Shown here in pieces: positions 14,081 to 25,004 of a DNA stretch of 64,000 bases. The DNA lies in contig OZ024745.1 in NCBI GenBank assembly GCA_964016885.1, positions 56,172,001 through 56,236,000 on the forward strand. Direction: 5' to 3'. Position 1 is the stretch's first letter. Every line of letters starts with the position of its first letter. The notes under the pieces were generated by a model. That model had not been told where the DNA came from, did no database searches, and was given only the letters and a program-made list of their open reading frames with translations. This DNA comes from Eledone cirrhosa. Its lineage: Eukaryota. The translations under genes were made by a program, and so were the position numbers.

Positions 14081-14418
14081 AAAAATCGATAATTAGTTAA
14101 GTTAGAACGATGGTATTCATCAGAGGATCGTCCTGACAATTACCAAAAGTATCATCTATGCACAGAAAAATCAATCTTAGGGCTGGAGTCTGCGTGCGAT
14201 GTAATAGTGCCTGTCAAAATTTTAGCGCCATCAGTGGATACCGGTGGGTGTGGGGGAATGCTAAAAATAGCTCACCTCATACACTATGTTTAGCAATTCA
14301 ACCAAATATATGAAATTATCGAGAGTAGAATTTAGATCGATATACAATAATTTCCACCACATTGCAGGATAATCGCTCATCTCTATTCTGCAAATAAACA
14401 TACATTGTGTATATTTAT

Positions 14419-14423
14419 TAGAG

Positions 14424-14501
<78 letters not shown>
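14419..14501. repeat. (GA)n microsatellite
   Basis: Directly visible. Confidence 0.95.
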
Positions 14502-14504
<3 letters not shown>

Positions 14505-14927
14505 GGAGGGGAGAGGGTGCAGAAAGGGGGGAAGAATGTAGGAGTTAATTACAAATGGAAAGATGTGTATTTGTGTCTGAATTGGTATGTATATATATTG
14601 AAAATACATAGATTAATGGACGCACTCAAATCGGACAAATATATATTTTGGTATGAAGAATATAAGAATCCATCTATCCTCAAATTAAATGTCAGCCAAA
14701 TGTCGTCACTCAATACAAATAACTGTAAAACTATCGAGGTTTCAATGCAAATTCACGACATGACTATAGGTATTGTATATGCTTTTAGAGTAGAGTGGCA
14801 ATAAAATTACTGGCTATTGAGCGGATATTAGAATTAAGTGCACAAAGATGATAATAATCATACTAGAGTATTCCCAAAATGTATAGTAAATGTGTCATTA
14901 CTAAACACATAGATTTATATATCTGTA

Positions 14928-14960
<33 letters not shown>

Positions 14961-14966
<6 letters not shown>

Positions 14967-15038
14967 ATAATAATAAATTTGAAGACTAAAATCCAAAGAT
15001 TCGTTCTTTGCTTAAACTTTAATCTGTTATTTTAATAT
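14961..15038. mobile_element. mini fold-back of PLE family B termini
   Basis: 3' tail (-) joined to TTCTTTGCTTAAACTTTAATCTGTTATTTTAATA (+), within (TA)n. Confidence 0.7.
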
Positions 15039-15098
15039 ATATATATATATTTATATATATATATATATAAAAAATATATATATATATATATTATATAT

Positions 15099-15303
15099 AT
15101 AGAAAAAGGTATGACCCCGACGGCAGAGCTCAAGCCGTTTCGACGGCTATTTATGGACTATCTATTAGTCCAGAAATAGCCGTCGAAACGGCTTGAGTTC
15201 TGCCGTGGGGGCCATACCTTTTCCTATTTCCCACTCTACTACTCTAAGTATTGAGTACTCTGGTGCGTTATGGTCCATGTGGTTCCTTACCACAATTCCT
15301 TTG

Positions 15304-15307
<4 letters not shown>
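15099..15307. mobile_element. mini fold-back of PLE family A termini (variant subfamily)
   Basis: Inverted HHR 3' halves meeting at ..GGAC/GTCCAGAA.., plus 3' tail on +. Confidence 0.8.
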
Positions 15308-15354
<47 letters not shown>

Positions 15355-15356
15355 TA

Positions 15357-15491
15357 TAGGGTAGTAGAGTGGGTAATAGGAACAAGTAAGACCCCGACGG
15401 CTGAGCTCAAGCCGTTTCGACGGCTAATTCTGTCCAGAATTAGCCGTCGAAACGGCTTGAGCTCAGCCGTCGGGGTCTTACTTGTTCCTAT
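15357..15491. mobile_element. mini fold-back of PLE family A termini
   Basis: Perfect inverted repeat ATAGGAACAAG...AATTCTG/CAGAATT...CTTGTTCCTAT, within (TA)n. Confidence 0.85.
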
Positions 15492-15531
15492 ATAAATATA
15501 TATATATATATATATGTATACATATATATGA

Positions 15532-15579
<48 letters not shown>

Positions 15580-15670
15580 CGAAGGAAATGTGGTAAGGAA
15601 CCAGGTGGACCATAACGCACCAAAGTACTCAATACTTGAGGTAGTAGAGTGGGTAATAGGAACCAGTAAG

Positions 15671-15764
15671 ACCCCGACAGCTGAGCTCAAGCCGTTTCGA
15701 CGGCTAATTCTGGACTAAATGAAAATTTATCCTGGTATTTAAATAGCCGATCTTCTCAAGGGGT
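15671..15764 (-). ncRNA. type I hammerhead ribozyme, U3:A8 core variant (family A)
   Basis: ACCCC-TTGAGAA-GAtCGGCTA...TAGCCGTC-GAAA-CGGCT tgagctc AGCTG-TC-GGGGT. Confidence 0.8.
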
Positions 15765-16876
15765 AATTCCATATATGGTCAAAGTGATTGTCAAAAATCA
15801 GTAGTAATTCTGTGGTTGCAAATTAGTAGGGGAGATGGTGGCTAAACCTGCCAGTAGGAGAAAGAGGGGAGGGGGTGGAGTAGACCCAATCAAGCGTTGG
15901 TAGTGCCAGCTACAGCTGGGCATGAGGTCAAAGAAGATACAGGGGAGGGGGAGGGGGAGGAAGTCGGAACGGTAGGTAGAACAATGGGGGGTAGAAATAG
16001 GAAAGAAAAAAAAAAAAAAATACTGAGAGTGAAGAAAGGCAAATAAGTGTAAAGAAAAGTAAAGTAAATTAAATTCTACGACCTAGGTGTCAGGCTATTG
16101 TTAGGCGAGAATAAAATAAAGAAAGAAAGAAAGAAGTAAAAAAATAAATAAATGAATAAATAAGGAAATAAGTAAGAGAACTAGGTGGGACGGATAAGGC
16201 AAGGACCCTTTTAAGAGGTATAAGTACGTAAATGATACGGTGACGGGTCAACAAAAGGGGCCAAAATACTAAAGAGACTACCACGAAATAAACAATAAAG
16301 GTTTCCATCCCGGGCCAGCAACGACCCAGTGCAGCAAAGTGAACTTGTACGAGATAATAATTCTGAGTCCCGAGAAAAATATATACTAATGCTAACTCTA
16401 AAAGATCTAAAACAAGCTACATGAAAGTTCGTACGAAATAAAGGTAGAATACGGAGAAATAAATTCAGAATCCACCCCGCCCAGAAGAAGAGCGAAGCAA
16501 GAAATACTGAAACGAAAAAATAAGGCATGTGCCACTAAGAAATATAGAGGGCACAGAGAATAGTGGGAGCGGTCGGAAAAAGGGGGAAAGTATCCGGGGT
16601 CTAAGCCAGCTGCTATAAAGGGCGGAGTCCGCCAAATCTATCAAAGACTAGGGGAGGGGGGGTGGGGGTACTAAGGCTACATGGGGCCAAAGGGCAGCCT
16701 CGGGTGGGCGAGAAAAGACGCCGACAAAGGAGAAGAGCTGGGGTAGAAGGACAAAGGGGAGAGGGGGGAAGGAAATAAAGGAAGCGATAAAAGAATACAA
16801 AGAAGATCTTACGTCTTCCTTGGCAAGCAGGGGTTACCTATTGCAAAATCGGCAACTGGGGTGTTATAGCCCTAGT

Positions 16877-19030
16877 CTACCCCCCCGGGTCATTATGGGG
16901 TTTGAGGGCGAGGTAAGTCCTACGCAATCTATGTTTACATGCAGTAACCAGTTCATCTTTCTTGTTTAGGAGTTGGTCCGTCGAAAACAGCATTTGTAAA
17001 GTTTCCTCCGAGCAAAAATTGCACGGACGGCGTCCTCCCGTGTAAGAATTGGCTCTGGACAGTAATCTCCAAGTGAGATCATAGGTGATGTTGTTGTCCT
17101 TGAGGTCCCATATGTGGCCCGAAAGTGTAGTGGCGTGACGCCGGGCCGGGTTTCGGAAGGTATGTCTATGTTGGTATAGCCGGGTCTTGAAGTCACATGC
17201 GGTAAGTCCTATATAGGCTTTGTTGGAGGTATCCGTCCTCACGTTGCACTGGTAGATCACATTACGGTCTCTGCATCTATTGTCGAGTGGGCAAATAGAT
17301 CTATCCGGGCAGTTACACCTCCTGGTCGGTTCTCCACTGCTAATTAGGTTATTTCTGCCATCGGGGTTGAGTTTTTTGTTGTTAGAGGAGACGATGTTTT
17401 GTGCGAAGTTTGGTGTAGTGCTGTAAGAGAGTTTGATGGTATTTTTGTTAATTATGTTGTGGTAGCGGTGTTGTAATGGGAAGTGTTTTTCAATGAGCCT
17501 AAAGAATAGTTTCCCGATGGGAGTAGTCACCTCTGCGTTGTGGGGAGGATTGAACCATGTTACATTGCGTGAGCGGCGGTGTCTCCTGCTGGTTCCGCTA
17601 ATGGGAGCTGGACAGTAGGATATTTCCTCCCGGAAACCACTCCGCTTGAGGGCCTGGTTGTAATAAGGCGCATGTTCATCGAATATCCGCTCATTAGCTG
17701 ACAAACGGGATATGCGGAGGGAGATGTTTTTGACCAGGTTGTTTGTGATGTTCCTAGGATGGTTTGATCGGCGGTGGATGTAGTGCAGATTGTCATTAGG
17801 TTTCCTGTATGGGTAGTACAGGTCGTTTTCGAGGTCGAGGGTTACGTCCAGGAAGTTTACTCGGGTCAGGGACGTTTGTAGGGTTATTTTAAATCCCCAG
17901 TCGCGGAAGAATCTGATTAATTGTTTCCGGACCCGATCTGTACTACTGGGGTTGTACCCTTTAAGGGTAAGGAGCCCATCATCACGGTACAATCCACCAC
18001 CGAATGCAGGAAACATATCAGTGAGTTTGGCTATTAGGAATAATCCTATAAGATCAGTGACCTCCGCCGAATCCGTGGCGCCCATGCTGACGTCGAAGGG
18101 TGAGTCGGGAGCTCTTTTTATCCATTTAGAGTCGTCAAAGAGTAAGACTGTCTTCCTGGCGTGGAGGATGATTTTTCTTTCCTGGTCGGTGATGGGCACG
18201 AGTGTGTCGGCGAAGTCCAAGGCGGCAGTAAGTAGCGGTAAGGTGATAGAAGCATAGTAGCTCTCTATGTCGAACTGTATGAATTTAGTTTCTCGTTTAT
18301 CCTCCATATTGCTGAACCAGGAGATTACTTCCTGGGTGTTGATCCATAGGCTAAGTCGGGTGTGTTGCTTGACTTTTGGTATCACGCGGTCTAGGATTAT
18401 TTTGCTGATTCTCCCTATGTCGGACTTCGTTGGGTTAATAAGCCTGATGGAGGGTTTACGGTCAAAATCGGATTTATGGTCCTTCAGTGTGAAGTATGGT
18501 GTCCGTGGGTCTAGAGGTTCCGTGCGGTCGGCGACCCCGAGGCTGGAGGTGATTTGTTGTCCATCTCGATTTATGTCCTCGATACAAGAGTGGTTGGCCT
18601 TTTTATAGGTGGAGTTTAGGCTGCTCCTGATCAGTGTGTGGTATCTGTCAGGGTTGACAAAGTATAGGTTCCCAGTTTTATCCGAATGCACCATGATGTC
18701 ATTTGTGTTATCATACTCTGTTAAGTTGCTACGGAGTTTTTGTAGGAATCGGTTGTGTCTGGGTTTAAATTTAATGTTCTTGACCAGTTGGAAGAGGTCA
18801 TTCTCGAAGGGTGCGAGCAAGGGGTTCAGGGGCGGAGATTTGTAGGTAATAAATCCGAATCTCTCCTTGGTGCCGAAGTCTTGGTTGTCGCAATATCTGT
18901 CATAGAAAAAAGTTCTCCATCTAAGTCTTTTCGCAAATAGATCAATTTTTTGCGTGAGCATCCGAAGGTAAAGTTTTTTCGGTGGGATTGGGATGTTCTT
19001 GGTAGAGAAGTCAATGTTGTGTTTTCGCAT
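16877..19030 (-). CDS. PLE polyprotein: reverse transcriptase plus C-terminal GIY-YIG endonuclease (717 aa from the first ATG)
   Basis: DKTG; RLINP; QFDIESYY; FDVSMGATDSAEVTDLIG; GLYRDDGL; NFLDVTLDL; CNCx5C linker; NVIYQC...YIGLT; RxxxH; CNFC; KDELVTACKH. The ATG at 19030 aligns with the family B start (MQKQHLNMSTKNIP). Confidence 0.93.
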   Translation of the reverse strand: MRKHNIDFSTKNIPIPPKKLYLRMLTQKIDLFAKRLRWRTFFYDRYCDNQDFGTKERFGFITYKSPPLNPLLAPFENDLFQLVKNIKFKPRHNRFLQKLRSNLTEYDNTNDIMVHSDKTGNLYFVNPDRYHTLIRSSLNSTYKKANHSCIEDINRDGQQITSSLGVADRTEPLDPRTPYFTLKDHKSDFDRKPSIRLINPTKSDIGRISKIILDRVIPKVKQHTRLSLWINTQEVISWFSNMEDKRETKFIQFDIESYYASITLPLLTAALDFADTLVPITDQERKIILHARKTVLLFDDSKWIKRAPDSPFDVSMGATDSAEVTDLIGLFLIAKLTDMFPAFGGGLYRDDGLLTLKGYNPSSTDRVRKQLIRFFRDWGFKITLQTSLTRVNFLDVTLDLENDLYYPYRKPNDNLHYIHRRSNHPRNITNNLVKNISLRISRLSANERIFDEHAPYYNQALKRSGFREEISYCPAPISGTSRRHRRSRNVTWFNPPHNAEVTTPIGKLFFRLIEKHFPLQHRYHNIINKNTIKLSYSTTPNFAQNIVSSNNKKLNPDGRNNLISSGEPTRRCNCPDRSICPLDNRCRDRNVIYQCNVRTDTSNKAYIGLTACDFKTRLYQHRHTFRNPARRHATTLSGHIWDLKDNNITYDLTWRLLSRANSYTGGRRPCNFCSEETLQMLFSTDQLLNKKDELVTACKHRLRRTYLALKPHNDPGG

Positions 19031-19609
19031 GGTGCGGGTGAAATGAATTGAGCTTAGCGGAAAAGTCTGGATGCGGCGTGGTAGGGTCGGAAAGTGCTCT
19101 ACTACGGGAGTAGGAGCTAGATAACGAAGGAAATGTGGTAAAGAACCAGGTGGACCATAACGCACCAAAGTACTCAATACTTGAGGTAGTAGAGTGGGTA
19201 AATTTCCTTATTTATTCATTTATTTATTTTTTTACTTCTTTCTTTCTTTCTTTATTTATTTTATTCTCGCCTAACAATAGCCTGACACCTAGGTCGTAGA
19301 ATTTAATTTACTTTACTTTTCTTTACACTTATTTGCCTTTCTTCACTCTCAGTATTTTTTTTTTTTCTCTTTCCTATTTCTACCCCCCATTGTTCTACCT
19401 ACCGTTCCGACTTCCTCCCCCTCCCCCTCCCCTGTATCTTCTTTGACCTCATGCCCAGCTGTAGCTGGCACTACCAACGCTTGATTGGGTCTACTCCACC
19501 CCCTCCCCTCTTTCTCCTACTGGCAGGTTTAGCCACCATCTCCCCCACTAATTTGCAACTACAGAATTACTACTGATTTTTGACAATCACTTTGACCATA
19601 TATGGAATT

Positions 19610-19703
19610 ACCCCTTGAGAAGATCGGCTATTTAAATACCAGGATAAATTTTCATTTAGTCCAGAATTAGCCGTCGAAACGGCTTGAGCTCAGCTGTCGG
19701 GGT
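19610..19703 (+). ncRNA. type I hammerhead ribozyme, U3:A8 core variant (family A)
   Basis: Same fold as 15671-15764; GUC cleavage triplet at 19696-98; distal stem I GGAAT/GTTCC. Confidence 0.8.
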
Positions 19704-19715
19704 CTTACTGGTTCC

Positions 19716-19746
<31 letters not shown>

Positions 19747-19747
19747 T

Positions 19748-19788
<41 letters not shown>

Positions 19789-20115
19789 GCATGCACAAAC
19801 ATGTAATTTGTATGTATGTATATAATCAAAAGTCAAAACTACTACTTCTGTTAGCCAACTAACAGAGAAAGAAGGACAAACACCGACAGAAATATGAACT
19901 CTCCTCTCAAAATATGTATGTAAAAATTAATAATTTTTCTGTCCCCTTTTTTTATTATTATTATTTGTATAAATATAGAACTTAATTATATTATGCATAT
20001 CCGCAGTTGACAATGCATATAATGCTGAAACCGGTACCATTATTGAATGCGGAAATATCCTCTTCAGAATCTCTTCAGCATTCTACTGAAATAATCTATT
20101 TCATTTCTACTATTT

Positions 20116-20212
<97 letters not shown>

Positions 20213-21095
20213 AAATAATAAAAACACTGAAATAAAAACAAAGAACAAGTTCCTTATATTAAAAAATTCTTCATGTTACGATCGTTTCTAGGATGTATAT
20301 GTGTGTTGGTATGTATATCATATAGATCTATGTAAAAATATTACAATTTATCATAGGAAATATACATACCTTCACATATACATGCTGTCTTCAGAGATGA
20401 TGATATTTGTTTATTGAAAAAAAAACAACAAAGATTTAATATAAAAGGTCTGTTTGGGAACAGGTTTTGAATTGACCAATAGAAAAGTAGTTAGAGGTCA
20501 AGTTGATAGAATAGTGGTAGTAGAAATTTAATTTAGGAGTAGAGGAGTGCAGACTTATGTTTTGAATGAAAAGAATACTTTGAATGAAAAGAATACTTTG
20601 GGGATGAAAAGAGGTCAAACCAGTGAAGGGTACACGAAAATGTGATGTTATTAAAGAATAATGTTAAAAACCAAGAAAAATAAAATGTTAGGGTAAGGGT
20701 ATTAGTGAGAAATACCAATCTTATTTAAGCCACAAGGAATCTAGATCTATAACAAGAAATTAAATTAATTGATATGTATACTTATAGGGATAAATTTATA
20801 TTAATTCATATGAATGTGATAAATAAGAATTAGATGTTATTAAAGAGTGTTGTTAAAAACGAAGGAAAGTAAAATGTTGGGATAAGGATAGTAGTGAGAA
20901 ATACCAATCTTATATAAACTACATGGAATCTAGATTCATAACAGGAAATTAAATTAATTTATAGGTATACATTCAGGTATTAATTTTAGGAAAAGAGAGC
21001 TATAAGAAGGAAATAAAATTATTGTTTTTATTTCGTTGTTTTTATTAATTCATCTTGACTCTGTTTTCCTATGATTTTTATCGAAAATTTTTTTA
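20213..21095 (-). mobile_element. family L element end (HHR-bearing) with ~190-bp internal tandem duplication
   Basis: 20213-20485 is homologous to 4075-4350 in inverted orientation; duplication at about 20644 and 20834; 21010-21095 resembles the inverted tail (cf. 4325-4400). Confidence 0.6.
20271..20400 (-). ncRNA. type I hammerhead ribozyme with extended stem II (family L, copy 2)
   Basis: TCATcT-CTGAAGA-..ATGTATATGTG..GGTATGTATAT...ATATACATACC..CACATATACAT..-GAAA-CGATCG-TA-AcATGA. Confidence 0.7.
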
Positions 21096-21309
21096 TATGT
21101 AGAGAGAGAGAGAGATAGATCGATAAAAAGACATGTAAAATCACAAAGGCGGCGCCAAGCGGTTTCGACTTGTGTGTTCAGCAAGCCTTTTTATAAGGGT
21201 GAATAGGGTGGCTGAAGAAAGAAGCTGAAACCACTTGCCGCCTTTGTCTGGATTTTACATATCTATATACCCACTCTACATTTCCCCATGAACCGCACAC
21301 ACACACACA

Positions 21310-21346
<37 letters not shown>

Positions 21347-21369
21347 TCTCTCTCTCTACGCACACACGC

Positions 21370-21421
<52 letters not shown>

Positions 21422-21572
21422 ACGCATGTATGACACAGATACACTATTGTTAAGTTTTAATTAATGGTTCAAGCTTTCTTTAGAAATTATTTTAATGTAG
21501 AAGTATGAATGAAAAATCTAACGAACTGAATGCATATTTATCTACAAAGTTTATATCTGCCCTCGTAGACAA

Positions 21573-22630
21573 ATGTTTAATAAAATACATGATACGAGCA
21601 AAGTAATTCCATTTAATCTCAAGCAAATAATCTATGCATTAAAATTTTGTAGTGCTACATCCATTTCAAGAATATTATATGTATTGGTGAAACTGAGTAT
21701 AGGAGCAAATAACAAAAATCATTGGAAACAATCAAATAAATTGCAACACTCTTATCCAATTCATAACTAACACATGTTGAAGAGCAATATTTTCGTTGAT
21801 GGTAAAACGATTAGAGTTCGTAAAATTTGAAGTGCCACTTCAGAACATTGGATTGAAAAACTCCACTCACAAGATAAATGCTATTCAGTGGAGTTCATGG
21901 AAGATTTTGAAGGCAACAACTCCCTAGTGGTAAATACTCAGAATATATGAAGGCAATAACAACAATGGCTTGAAGCTGAATAAGATCATATATCCACAGG
22001 CTTCTATATCACACCCCAATACAGCGCCCCCCCCCACCCTGCATTGGGTATACCGATGTGGAGTGTAATAATGACGCTATCAACCATCCATCGGTTTCCC
22101 ACCAAAACACTGCACGATACCTACTGAGTCAGACCCACCCTGCGAGTAAAGACAATTTTTCCCCTGGCTGGGTTTGGTTAAAGTAAACTGAAGGACATAC
22201 AACCTGGCACCGGATAATTACCTCTTTTAGCGAGTTATGTCCCTTTCACCGCCGCCATCGGGTTTACACTTTTCGAACAAAATGCAGGGTGATGTTAAGT
22301 TGAGGTGATGATTTCTCAACTGTATTTATACTTACCAATGTAACCATAGAAACTTCTGCCTCTGAAGAGACATTCTGGGCGAAACACGTGTAAGAACTAT
22401 ATGAAGAATTGTTTTAACGGCTTGTAACTCCTTCATTCACTCCTTCATTCACTCATTCATTTGCTTTTCCCGCTCTGCTTAAACCATACGCTAAATATTA
22501 ACTTCCTCTAATATTTAAACCTGCAAACCCAAGCATCTAACGCACCATGCTTCGGCTTTTGGCATTTAATATTCTGTATCGCACTTTTTTGTACATCTGT
22601 TTCATCCTCTCTAACGATACCTTAACCCAA
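21573..22630 (+). mobile_element. decayed PLE 3' portion (GIY-YIG remnant plus HHR)
   Basis: IIYALKFC followed after a frameshift by CIGET; HHR downstream; ends in TA/TG repeats. Confidence 0.4.
22353..22406 (+). ncRNA. minimal type I hammerhead ribozyme (stem II partly decayed)
   Basis: CT-CTGAAGA-GACATTCTGGGC-GAAA-CACGTG-TA-AG; distal CTTC/GAAG. Confidence 0.6.
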
Positions 22631-22711
22631 TTATTATATATATATATATATGTATGTATTTGTGTGTGTGTGTGTGTGTGTGTGCGTGCGCGCGCGTGCG
22701 TGCGCGTGCGC

Positions 22712-22805
<94 letters not shown>

Positions 22806-22925
22806 ATATATAAATATAATAATAGAAATATTAATAATGTGAAGACTCAAATCCAAAGAGGGCTCGATAAGGATATATATATATCAAATATACAACAATA
22901 CTAGAGCAAATGTTTATTAAAATAA

Positions 22926-23001
22926 CAGATTAAAGTTTAAGCAAAGAATCGCTGCTTTCACCCTTAACGGGATCTTCTGAAACTAAAAAAAAATCAATCT
23001 G
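22926..23001 (-). ncRNA. hammerhead-like motif with CAGAAGA core (family B)
   Basis: CAGATT..AGTTT-CAGAAGA-TCCC gttaa GGGT-GAAA-GCA gcgattctt TGC-TT-AAACT..AATCTG. Confidence 0.62.
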
Positions 23002-23239
23002 TGAACGCAGAAGTGAATATTTCGAAAAACGTTGCAACCGAAGGAAAACAGGAAGACGATACTTTGGTTCGTGAAGATGTTCTCTGGCAATGAACGGAAA
23101 AAAGCGAGGATAATACGTCATTATGTGGAATCAATGAGAACAAATACACGCAAATACAAAACCACGTTTATGGTATAAATGGAGTCATAGACTAATATTT
23201 TATTTAGGAAACCCAATGAATCTCGGTTTCGGAGTTAAG

Positions 23240-23346
23240 AATAATTATTTCTATTTTTGGCTCAAGACCAGCAATAATCCTATTGTATTACTGGTACTTT
23301 ATTTTATCGCCCCTGTAAGGATGAAAGGCAAAGTTAACCTCGGCCG
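23240..23346 (-). mobile_element. truncated SINE inserted in PLE family B
   Basis: SINE 3' part; TSD GTTAAGAATAAT on both sides. Confidence 0.8.
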
Positions 23347-23399
23347 GTTAAGAATAATGTAAATAAATTAGTAGAACGAAAATGACGCTGCTTGAATCT

Positions 23400-24813
23400 A
23401 TTGGCGGAAAACCCTATGTAGGCCCTACTAGACGTGGGTGTTTCTGGAGCGGAATTTCGCGGTTAGAGGGCAGTCAACCCGATTCCTACAATTACAGTTA
23501 GTACTAGCTACAGGGTTACACAGGTTACTACGTCTAGGTAATTTAGATAAATTTGAAGCAGTGGTGTTATGTACAAAGTTAGGAGTCGTGGAGTAAGATA
23601 TTTTAATGGTATTTCTATTTAAAATGTTCTTATATTTATGTGCTCAGAGGAAATGCTTCTTAATAAGGGAGAGAAAGATCTTAGCTAATGGTGTGGCCAC
23701 CTCCATATTATATGGTGGGTTATACCATACAATGCGTCGGGATCTATTTTTCCTAGGTTTATGCTGATACTTAGTATATGCTACCTTATCGATAAATCCA
23801 CTCCAAGCAAGAGCTTCATTGAAATATATGGAATGGTCCGTGAAAATATACTCGTTTGTAGATAGACGGGAAAGACTCAGAGAAACGTTTCTTATCAGAT
23901 TCTTGGTTATGCTGGCAGGAATGTTAGAATGCTTACTGATGTAATTAAGCGTATCATTCGGCTTTCTATACATGTAGTGCAAGCCATTCGACACATTGAG
24001 AGTAACATCGAGGTAGTTTACGACTGAAAGGTTGGCCTCAACTGTATCGGTCAAAAAAGACCATCATCGCGGTACAAACCACCGCCCACGTTAGGGATTT
24101 CTTCCTTGATAGACAAAAGAAGGAAAAGGCCGATAAGATCTGTAACCTCCGCTGAATCGCTGGCACCCATATTCACGTCGAATGGGTTACTATTAGATTT
24201 GTTATCCAAGTAAAGTCGTCGAAATTAATCACCGACTTATGGGCATTGAGGATGACATCAACTTCGAAATCCTTAACCACTGTGAGCGTTTTAGCGAAAT
24301 TGATAGCTCTAAGAAGAAGTGGTAAAGTGATGGCGGAGTAGTAGTTATTGATGTCAAATTGGATAAAACGGCAATGTTCCTTGTTGCATATGCCATTGAA
24401 CCAATCAATCACCGCGAAACAATTATTACACAGTGCCTGAGGCGCCAAGCTTGTAATTTCTGGGATAATTCTATCTAAAATCATTTTACTAAGTCTACCT
24501 AAATTAGCCATCGTAGGGTTAATTAGCCGAATAGAAGGGTTGTTAGCGTAATTGGGTTTGTGATCCTTCAGGGTAAAGTGGGGATAAATAGGGTCCAGAT
24601 GTTCAGTCCGGTCCTGGATGTTGAGTTATTATAAGTTTTAAACCCAAATTTATTCTGTTTATTATCCGCTTTTTCCTGGGTATCGAAATAAAAGTCACGC
24701 CAACGCAACCTTTTAAGGAATTAATCCGTTTTTTGTATAAGAAGTCTTAAATATGACTTCCTGCTAGGTAGGGGTATGTTCTTTGTAGACATATTCAGGT
24801 GTTGTTTCTGCAT
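23400..24813 (-). pseudogene. fragmented PLE RT-EN ORF
   Basis: ORFs 24173-24511 and 23644-24054 plus frameshifted pieces homologous to 16877-19030. Confidence 0.85.
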
Positions 24814-25004
24814 GATGAATATAAGTCGATAGAGTGCTCAACCGATGGAGCCAAATAGTAATAATAATAAATGTGAAGACTAACATTGAAGGAGGGCTAG
24901 ATAAGGATAAATATATATCAAATATATAAGAACCCTAGACGACTCGTAACTTTGCAATTAACATCACTGCTTCAAATTTAGCTAAATTACCTAGTCGTAG
25001 TAAC

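Larger units (their letters stand above)
15577..19717 (-). mobile_element. full-length Penelope-like element, family A (Hydra-clade-like), with 5' partial pseudo-LTR and inverted 3' duplication
   Basis: Intact ORF; 1.3-kb 3' UTR; 80-bp direct repeat (19121-19200 = 15577-15657); inverted arm 19200-19717; (TA)n on both sides. Confidence 0.92.

Noticed and set aside
15099-15720. CRISPR-like look of repeated palindromic GCCGTCGAAACGGC units
   Set aside because: The repeats are inverted PLE termini separated by (TA)n, in a eukaryotic context with no spacers or cas genes
19031-19177. N-terminal 49 aa of the 766-aa ORF call
   Set aside because: It starts at a TTG inside the terminal repeat; homology to family B begins at the ATG at 19030
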